Assembly: GCA_965231155.1 (NCBI GenBank)
Contig: OZ246418.1
Coordinates: 302,850-366,849, forward strand
Reading direction: 5' to 3'
Length of the DNA stretch: 64,000 nucleotides
From: an uncultured Candidatus Saccharibacteria bacterium
GTDB taxonomy: Bacteria > Patescibacteriota > Minisyncoccia > UBA6257 > 2-01-FULL-56-20
Position 1 is the first letter of the stretch. Each line of letters begins with the position of its first letter. Positions 57,099 through 64,000 of this stretch are shown piece after piece. Position numbers and translations under genes: made by a program. The notes under the pieces are model-generated. The model did no database searches. It was given only the letters and a program-made list of their open reading frames with translations, and was not told the DNA's origin.

Positions 57099-57232
57099 TA
57101 GTTTTTGGTTGCAAAATTTCTGATTGCTACCTTATATTCTCCACACTTTCCCCGATGTATAATCAGTACATCTCGGTTGGGGTATCGAGATAAGCTCCGC
57201 ATTCATTTTTTAAAAATCGAAACGATCATTTT

Positions 57233-57766
57233 ATGAAACCGAGGAGTTCTTTCGAAAATCAGCGAGTTGGTATCTTTATTGATGTACAAAATCTGTACCA
57301 TTCGGCCAAGAACTTGTATCACGGTCGGGTGAACTACCCAGAGCTTATTCGTCATCTGGTGGGTGAGCGACAACTTATTCGGGCGATGGCCTATGTGGTA
57401 AAGAGCGAGATTGGTGCTGATGCACCGAAGGGGAAGACAGGAGAGTCTTCTTTTTTTGAGGCGTTAGAAAAAGCTGGTCTTGAGTTGCGGTGTAAGGATT
57501 TGCAAGTCTATCCCGACGGCCTCAAGAAAGCCGACTGGGATGTCGGCATGGCCGTAGACGCCATTCGTATGTCATCTTTTCTTGATGTGGTGATTCTGGT
57601 GACAGGTGATGGAGACTTTCTTCCGTTAGTGGATTACTTGAAGTGGGGGCAGGGGAGGTATGTGGAAGTAGCAGCGTTTGAGGGAAGTGCTTCTGCGAAG
57701 CTTCAGGTGGCGCCAGATCAGTTCATCAACTTAGCGAGGATCCCCCGGATTATCATAAGAAAATAA
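57233..57766 (+). CDS. NYN/LabA (DUF88) PIN-like domain protein
   Basis: IFIDVQNLY, KADWDVGMAVDA, LVTGDGDFLPLV. Confidence 0.92.
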   Translation: MKPRSSFENQRVGIFIDVQNLYHSAKNLYHGRVNYPELIRHLVGERQLIRAMAYVVKSEIGADAPKGKTGESSFFEALEKAGLELRCKDLQVYPDGLKKADWDVGMAVDAIRMSSFLDVVILVTGDGDFLPLVDYLKWGQGRYVEVAAFEGSASAKLQVAPDQFINLARIPRIIIRK

Positions 57767-57785
57767 TATAAATTAATTATCAACT

Positions 57786-59891
57786 ATGGCTCGAAATAAA
57801 AAACAGTTTTCAATCGAAGTTGGCGGAAAAACATTAACCCTTGAGGTCTCGTCTTTAGCCGAACAGGCGAATGCCGCAGTCTTGGCAAAATATGGAGAGA
57901 CAATCGTCCTTGCCACTGTGGTTATGGGACGGGCCGATTCTTCGGCTGACTACATGCCTCTTCGCGTAGACTACGAAGAAAAGTTTTATGCTGCCGGAAA
58001 GATTCTCGGTAGTCGTTTTATGCGTCGTGAGAGCCGTCCTTCTGAAGATGCCATTCTCACTGGCCGATTGATTGATCGAGTGCTTCGTCCATTATTCGAC
58101 AATCGAATTCGTCGAGATATCCAGATTGTCACGACGGTACTTTCTTATGACGATGAGAACATTCCTGATTTTGTCGGCTTGATGGCTGCTTCGACTGCCT
58201 TGCATATTTCTGATGTGCCGTGGGCTGGTCCAGTGGCTGGTGTGCGTATCATGGAGACCGCTGGTCAGATAGTTATTAACCCCACCAACGCTCAGATAGA
58301 AGCTCCGGGACGGGTGTTTGAGAGTTTTGTGGCTGGGCCAAAGGGTACTATTAACATGATTGAGTTGGCCGGCAATGAAGCGCCGGAAGAAAAAGTAATG
58401 TCCGCTTTCGCTACTGCCCAGAACGAAATTGATCGATTAGCTGATTTTATTGAAGGTATTCGCACGGAGATTGGGAAACCAAAGGCAGAAGTGAAGTTGG
58501 CTGAACCAGACGAAGTGTTGAAGAAGGCGGTGGCTGATTTTATTTCACCTCGGATTCGCGAGGCAGTCTTTCATTCTCGAGATCCCAAGGAACATGGAAA
58601 AATTGGAGTTCTGAAGCACGAACTTTTTGAACACCTCAAGGAGACATTGGTGGTTCAGGGGGTGGCAGTGAATTTTAAGGCCGCTGATTTTTTGTACGAG
58701 GAAGCAGTGAACGATCTTGTACACGAAGAAGCAATTAAAAATGAGAAGCGTCCTGATGGTCGGCGACTCGATGAAGTTCGAGAGCTAAGCGCCGAAGTTG
58801 GACTTTTTGAACGTACTCACGGTTCAGCGCTTTTCGTGCGAGGCAGTACGCAGGCGTTGGCGGTAGTCACTTTAGCACCTCCGGGGAACGAGCAGATGAT
58901 TGAGACCATGGAAACAACCGAACGTCGTCACTTTTTACTGCACTATAACTTCCCGCCATTTTCTGTTGGCGAAGTCGGACCATTTCGTGGGCCGGGACGT
59001 CGAGAGATTGGCCATGGAGCGTTAGCCAACAAAGCAGTGCAGGCGGTGATTCCTACAGTAGAGGAGTTCCCGTATACCATCCGTGTGGTTTCTGAGGTAA
59101 TGTCTTCGAACGGCTCTTCCTCAATGGCCACTACCTGTGCCACGATTCTGTCTTTGATGGATGCTGGAGTACCGATTAAAAAACCAGTAGCCGGCATTGC
59201 CATGGGCTTGATGACTGATGAGGCAGGAAACTTCAAAGTCCTAACCGATATTCAGGGGCCAGAGGATCATCATGGTGATATGGATTTCAAAGTGGCTGGT
59301 ACTGATGCCGGGGTGACGGCGGTACAGCTCGATGTGAAGTTCCGTGGAGTTACCAAGGAGATGATTCAGGCGACGCTCGCTCAGGCGAAACAGGCCCGAC
59401 TTCATATTATGGAGACGATGACAAAGACGATCTCAGCTTCTCGCCCTGCACTTTCCAAGTACGCGCCGATTATTCAGATGATCCGCATCAACCCAGATAA
59501 GATTGGTATGGTGATTGGTCCTGGCGGAAAGATGATTAATGGTCTGATCAAGACGTACGAGTTGGTGGCTATTGATATCGAAGAGGATGGTCGCGTCTAT
59601 ATTTCCGCGAACACTCCTGAAAAAGTGGCTAAGGTAGTTGCCGAGATTCAGGGACTAACCAAAGAGTATTTGGTTGGCGATATTATCGAAGGAACTATTA
59701 TCAAAATTCTCGATTTCGGAGCGATTGTTGATCTGGGCGGTGGTCGCGATGGTATGATCCACGTTTCTGAGCTCAAGGAGGGTTTTGTAAAAGTGGTGAC
59801 TGATGTTGTGAAAGAAGGGGACTTTGTGCGGGCTAAGGTGATCAAAGTTGATCCAGAAGGCAAGATCGGTTTGTCGCTGAAACAGCTCTAA
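57786..59891 (+). CDS. pnp: Polyribonucleotide nucleotidyltransferase
   Basis: RLIDRVLRPLF, RREIGHG, SNGSSSMA, DMDFKVAG, KH and S1 domains. Confidence 0.97.
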   Translation: MARNKKQFSIEVGGKTLTLEVSSLAEQANAAVLAKYGETIVLATVVMGRADSSADYMPLRVDYEEKFYAAGKILGSRFMRRESRPSEDAILTGRLIDRVLRPLFDNRIRRDIQIVTTVLSYDDENIPDFVGLMAASTALHISDVPWAGPVAGVRIMETAGQIVINPTNAQIEAPGRVFESFVAGPKGTINMIELAGNEAPEEKVMSAFATAQNEIDRLADFIEGIRTEIGKPKAEVKLAEPDEVLKKAVADFISPRIREAVFHSRDPKEHGKIGVLKHELFEHLKETLVVQGVAVNFKAADFLYEEAVNDLVHEEAIKNEKRPDGRRLDEVRELSAEVGLFERTHGSALFVRGSTQALAVVTLAPPGNEQMIETMETTERRHFLLHYNFPPFSVGEVGPFRGPGRREIGHGALANKAVQAVIPTVEEFPYTIRVVSEVMSSNGSSSMATTCATILSLMDAGVPIKKPVAGIAMGLMTDEAGNFKVLTDIQGPEDHHGDMDFKVAGTDAGVTAVQLDVKFRGVTKEMIQATLAQAKQARLHIMETMTKTISASRPALSKYAPIIQMIRINPDKIGMVIGPGGKMINGLIKTYELVAIDIEEDGRVYISANTPEKVAKVVAEIQGLTKEYLVGDIIEGTIIKILDFGAIVDLGGGRDGMIHVSELKEGFVKVVTDVVKEGDFVRAKVIKVDPEGKIGLSLKQL

Positions 59892-59917
59892 GCATCTTTT
59901 GATAGTGGGTGATTTCG

Positions 59918-59944
59918 AAAAATGGGAGACATCTCCCATTTTTT
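59918..59944 (+). terminator. Intrinsic terminator after pnp
   Basis: AAAAATGGGAGA-CA-TCTCCCATTTTTT. Confidence 0.75.
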
Positions 59945-59970
59945 GTTTGTTTTGAGGTACAATATTTCAT

Positions 59971-60957
59971 ATGGCTGACGATAATTCACAAAATCCATTT
60001 GCCAACATTCCTCAGTCGCCAACGATTGAGGTGCGGACTTTGCGTTCCGACGTGCAATCAATGAGCGATTCGGGAGGAGTTTCTATGCAGGTTGAGGAGG
60101 TTCGCGAGATGATTGGAAGAAAGGTGGCGGCGGAGAAATCTGCTCGCCAAGGAGGGAGTAATTTTCTTTTTACGATTATTGTTCTAGTCCTTATTATTCT
60201 CATCGCTGCCTTGGGGGTTGGGTTTGTGATGAGTACGGGAGCCGTTTCTTCTTTTTCTTTTGTTAAGAACCTTCTTCCGGGGAGCGCGACGACCACAACT
60301 ACTACTTCGACACCTGTCCCGGATTATGTTCCGTCTTCAGCGGTGAAGGATTTCGATCCGTATGCCGACATTGAAGAGATCCGGTTTTGGCGTATTCCTG
60401 CGGACACTCAGATAGATATCAAACTGAGTCGTGAAGCGGCGGTGACGGCAGAGGATTTACTGACCTTCCAACAGAAGGTGGCGGGAAAGATACAGGAACT
60501 TCCGGCTTCCGCTCGTTTTGTAGAGATTCGCTTGCGGAAGGATGGGGATAGGCCAGCTGATGGTTTGGTTTTCTCGTCGCTCACTGGTATCCGTATTTTT
60601 AACGACACATTTTTCTCTGAGAACTTCGAGCCAAACATCACGGCTTTTGTCTATCGAGACAAAAAAGGAAGCTGGCCGGGCTATGTCTTTAAGCTTCTCC
60701 CGAATAAGAGTTCGAAAACCCTTACCCCTGAGGTACAACTTTTAGAGCGTTCCTCCACGCTCACTTCTTTATTCTTAGAATCTCCAGGTTCGTCTCGTGG
60801 TCTTTTTAAGGATGGTACGCAACTGAATATTCCCACACGAGAACAGGAGTATACGATGCCTGGGGCAACTATCGGCTATGGTTGGCAGGATCGGTACTTT
60901 GTAATAAGCACCTCGGTAGATGGACTGAAGGAGGCCCTTCGTCGATTGCTCGGATAG
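59971..60957 (+). CDS. Single-pass membrane hypothetical protein
   Basis: VRTLRSDV N-motif, TM helix, Thr-rich linker, extracellular domain ending VISTS. Confidence 0.75.
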   Translation: MADDNSQNPFANIPQSPTIEVRTLRSDVQSMSDSGGVSMQVEEVREMIGRKVAAEKSARQGGSNFLFTIIVLVLIILIAALGVGFVMSTGAVSSFSFVKNLLPGSATTTTTTSTPVPDYVPSSAVKDFDPYADIEEIRFWRIPADTQIDIKLSREAAVTAEDLLTFQQKVAGKIQELPASARFVEIRLRKDGDRPADGLVFSSLTGIRIFNDTFFSENFEPNITAFVYRDKKGSWPGYVFKLLPNKSSKTLTPEVQLLERSSTLTSLFLESPGSSRGLFKDGTQLNIPTREQEYTMPGATIGYGWQDRYFVISTSVDGLKEALRRLLG

Positions 60958-60969
60958 AGTTGCGTCTGC

Positions 60970-62031
60970 CTACTCTGCTTTTTCTTCAACCTCGCCAATG
61001 GTTGGACCGTTGGCGTTGAAATGAGTTTCAAAGGCCACGGCGGTCGCTTTCTCGATTTCTTTCAAGAGCTTCTTATCGTTCTTCACTTTTTCGGCCACGT
61101 TTGTAATACCACTTCCTAGTCGTTCGCCATTAAAGGAGTAGCTGGCACCAGACTTGGTGATTGTGCCGTACTTGAGGCCAGTGTTTAAGACATCAGATTC
61201 GTATAGGATTCCTCGGCCATAGCCAATATCGAACTCGGCGGCGCGGAATGGGGGAGCAACTTTATTCTTTACTACTTTCACTTTGGTGCGGTTACCAATA
61301 ACATCCTCGCCTTTTTTAACCTGAGCGATACGTCGGACATCAAGACGCACTGAGGCAGCAAACTTGAGTGCCATACCACCTGGCGTGGTTTCTGGATTGC
61401 CAAACATAATACCGATTTTCATTCTGATCTGGTTGATGAAAATAATGAGCGTACCACTTCTGGCGGCGAGCGCGGTCAGTTTACGAAGGGCCTGAGACAT
61501 CATGCGAGCTTGACGGCCGACATGCTGAGCACCCATCTCGCCTTCAATTTCCGCCTTCGGAGTGAGGGCGGCCACGGAGTCGACGACTACCACGGAAATA
61601 ATTTGTGAGCGCACTAAGCTTTCTAAAATGTTTAAGGCCTCCTCGCCACTTTCTGGCTGGGAGATTAAAAGTTCGTTGGTGTTTACACCAATGCGTTTGG
61701 CATACTCTGGATCCAAGGCGTGCTCGGCATCGATATAGGCAGTTTTCCCGCCCTGCTTCTGGGCTTCAGCCACGACATGTAAGGCGAGTGTTGTTTTTCC
61801 GCTGGACTCTGGACCAAAAACTTCGACCACGCGACCACGAGGCATACCACCCACGCCGAGTGCCAGATCGAGAGAGAAGGAGCCAGTGGGAATCACCGAG
61901 ACATCGACGTGTGGTGCTTCGCCGAGCATCATAATAGCGCCGTCCCCAAACTTATCCTGGAGATCTTTAATAAGACTAGTAAGTTCGCTTTTATTACTTT
62001 TCTTTTCTTTTTCTTCTTTGTTTTTTGCCAT
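60970..62031 (-). CDS. recA: Recombinase RecA
   Basis: [43 protein letters not shown]; start 62031 or 62040. Confidence 0.98.
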   Translation of the reverse strand: MAKNKEEKEKKSNKSELTSLIKDLQDKFGDGAIMMLGEAPHVDVSVIPTGSFSLDLALGVGGMPRGRVVEVFGPESSGKTTLALHVVAEAQKQGGKTAYIDAEHALDPEYAKRIGVNTNELLISQPESGEEALNILESLVRSQIISVVVVDSVAALTPKAEIEGEMGAQHVGRQARMMSQALRKLTALAARSGTLIIFINQIRMKIGIMFGNPETTPGGMALKFAASVRLDVRRIAQVKKGEDVIGNRTKVKVVKNKVAPPFRAAEFDIGYGRGILYESDVLNTGLKYGTITKSGASYSFNGERLGSGITNVAEKVKNDKKLLKEIEKATAVAFETHFNANGPTIGEVEEKAE

Positions 62032-62150
62032 ATCGCTCATTGTATCACAAGGATTTTTTGATCCATAAAATGTATATAATCTTCGACGTGCTCTTATAGT
62101 AAGTCAGGGGATTATGTTGTCAATAGATGCCAACATAAACAAATTCTCGT

Positions 62151-62945
62151 CTAAAGACGAGAGGAGGTTTCCTTCTTGGTGCTGGTAGATCCTTCATTCC
62201 TAGTTGTAGAGGCTTTTTCGGTTGAGGAGGTGGTATCTTCTGTTGAGGAGGTGTTTCTGATAATAGGATCTGCGCCAGGGGAGTAGATCACCTGTCGGAG
62301 TACTCGAATCTCTCGGCCCAAGAACTTCTTAGCTTTGAGTTCGATCGTGTTCATCCCTTCCTGAAGATCGATATTTTTCTGCCAGACGCCATCCTGCTCG
62401 AGCGGTACACGTTCGCCATTTACAAAAAATTCGTCGCCATTTTTAACCGAGCCGATGATGGTGACCGGAGTGACGCTGACGGTGCTGACTGCTTCGGAAG
62501 GGAAGCCGATATCGAGACTTGGTTGCCCAACAATTTCTGGGAGACGGAAGAGAAGGTAGATTCCTATGATGAATGCTAGGACGCCGATCCAGATTATTTT
62601 TTTCTTTGAGGAGAAGTTGCTTAGTCTCTGAGGGAAGCGATCGTTCTGTGTTTCATCAACGGCCAGTTCATCAACGCGGATACGGTCCCAGAGTGCCTGT
62701 CCGTCAAAATCGAGCACCTCGCCAACAACCGCCATATAACTTCTGAGATAGGGTGCAGGGGGAAGCTTTTCGAGATTTCCTCCGGCCATATGTTCGAGGT
62801 GTTTGATGGCAATACCAGAAACATCAGCCAGCTTTTGCAGGGTTATTCCTTTGCGCTTGAGCCCTTCGTTGATAAGCAGAGCCAGCAAGGCTTCTGGGTG
62901 GGCGGTGTGTTCTATTTCAGGATTTTGTTCGGTAGCTCGGGCCAT
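62151..62945 (-). CDS. RodZ-like HTH membrane protein with an Ig-like C-domain
   Basis: HTH (ITLQKLADVSGIAIKHLEHM...LPPAPYLRSY), TM, LQEGMNTIELKA; downstream of ftsK. Confidence 0.75.
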   Translation of the reverse strand: MARATEQNPEIEHTAHPEALLALLINEGLKRKGITLQKLADVSGIAIKHLEHMAGGNLEKLPPAPYLRSYMAVVGEVLDFDGQALWDRIRVDELAVDETQNDRFPQRLSNFSSKKKIIWIGVLAFIIGIYLLFRLPEIVGQPSLDIGFPSEAVSTVSVTPVTIIGSVKNGDEFFVNGERVPLEQDGVWQKNIDLQEGMNTIELKAKKFLGREIRVLRQVIYSPGADPIIRNTSSTEDTTSSTEKASTTRNEGSTSTKKETSSRL

Positions 62946-63045
62946 AGCCCTTAGCTTACTAAACCCTGTTGGGGAAATCCAATTCCTACAAAACATCACC
63001 TCTTTCGGCTACACCTCCTAAAAGGGCTTGGGCTTCACTTGTAAA

Positions 63046-64000
63046 TTAACTTTCGTGGCCAAAGCCTTCGTCGAACTTATCCATCAAAATCTCGCGAGGC
63101 TTAGCACCATCACCAGGACCAATGAGGCCATTTTCTTCCATCAGATCCAAGAGTCGGGCAGCGCGGGCATAACCAACTTTGAGGCGTCGCTGGAGAAGTG
63201 AGGCAGAAGCTTTACCGGCTTCAGTGACGATTTTGACTGCTTCATTATAGAGCTCGTCGTCGGTGCCACCATTGCTATCCATAAAGCTGTCGAAAACATC
63301 TCTTTTTTCGGAAGTGCCACCACCGTTATTTTCATCAAATGGCACATCACTCTCGTCTGCTTCGCCGTTATGTTCGCGAATAAAGTTGGCCACCTTGTGA
63401 ATCTCTTCTTCGGTGATATAGGTACCTTGGATTCTTTTTGGCTTGGAGTATTCAGAGGAGATGAAAAGAAGGTCGCCACCACCGAGCAGTTTTTCAGCAC
63501 CAGCGGTATCTAAGATTGTGCGTGAGTCGATCTGGCTCGCTACCTGCAAGGCGATGCGACTGGTGATGTTAGCTTTGATAAGACCAGTAATGACTTCAAC
63601 GGAAGGACGTTGAGTGGAGAGGATGAGATGGATACCGACGGCGCGGGCCATCTGAGAAAGACGGATGATAAACCCTTCAACCTCTCGGCCATAGGTGGTC
63701 ATCAGATCGGCGACTTCATCAACCACAATAACGACAAATGGTAATTTTTCTTCGTCACTGGCTTTGGCGTTGAAACTCTTCAGATCACGACAGCCGGCTT
63801 TCTGAAGTTGATCGTAGCGACCATCCATTTCGTTCACGGCCCAGCGGAAAACCGAGAGGGCTTTTTTGTTCTGAGTGATGACTGGTCCGACGAGATGGGG
63901 AATACCTTCATACATAGAAAGCTCCACGCGTTTTGGATCAATCATGATCATCTTCAGATCGGCGGGCGAGTTTTTATACAGTAATGAGGTGATGATCGAC
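63046..64000 (-). CDS. ftsK: DNA translocase FtsK/SpoIIIE, C-terminal part (5' end outside the window)
   Basis: MIDPKRVEL, VVDEVADLM, STQRPSV, gamma domain SLLQRRLKVGYARAARL; frame open to the window end. Confidence 0.97.
   Translation of the reverse strand, partial: SIITSLLYKNSPADLKMIMIDPKRVELSMYEGIPHLVGPVITQNKKALSVFRWAVNEMDGRYDQLQKAGCRDLKSFNAKASDEEKLPFVVIVVDEVADLMTTYGREVEGFIIRLSQMARAVGIHLILSTQRPSVEVITGLIKANITSRIALQVASQIDSRTILDTAGAEKLLGGGDLLFISSEYSKPKRIQGTYITEEEIHKVANFIREHNGEADESDVPFDENNGGGTSEKRDVFDSFMDSNGGTDDELYNEAVKIVTEAGKASASLLQRRLKVGYARAARLLDLMEENGLIGPGDGAKPREILMDKFDEGFGHES

Noticed and set aside
39917-62040. Inteins or introns in gyrA, pnp, recA or the tRNAs
   Set aside because: All have ordinary lengths and continuous motifs.
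1-64000. Alternative genetic code (TGA=Gly) as in Gracilibacteria/Absconditabacteria
   Set aside because: Conserved genes are full length under code 11 and several end in TGA (ruvA, ruvC, yidC).

Overview
Chromosomal window from a reduced-genome bacterium. Gene content, compactness and gene order point to Patescibacteria/CPR, probably Parcubacteria (inference; standard genetic code, TGA used as stop). It spans the probable replication origin (jag-yidC-rnpA-rpmH <> dnaA-oriC-dnaN) and many housekeeping genes (PBP1A, ruvA/B/C, polA, mutM, holA, gyrA, recA, ftsK, xer, pnp, rpsA/O/T, greA, tsaE) plus 6 tRNAs. The accessory content is mostly surface or secretion related. (1) A PrgI/VirB4 T4SS-like locus (1-10613) holds two proteins sharing a 312-bp identical VirB2/TrbC-like pilin module and a Cys-rich linker but ending in two different predicted peptidoglycan hydrolases (lytic transglycosylase-like and M15-like Zn peptidase), suggesting a modular pilin-fused cell-wall-hydrolase system. 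(2) An array of eight VirB2/TrbC-like pilins with variable N-termini (43726-47738). (3) A PilB/GspE ATPase. The best non-coding candidates are an unannotated ~240-nt multi-branched RNA with its own consensus promoter and terminator (24981-25222, minus) and a two-copy structured intergenic motif. Many core genes look leaderless, while several orphan genes carry strong Shine-Dalgarno sites. All protein calls come from motif recognition by eye; no searches were run.
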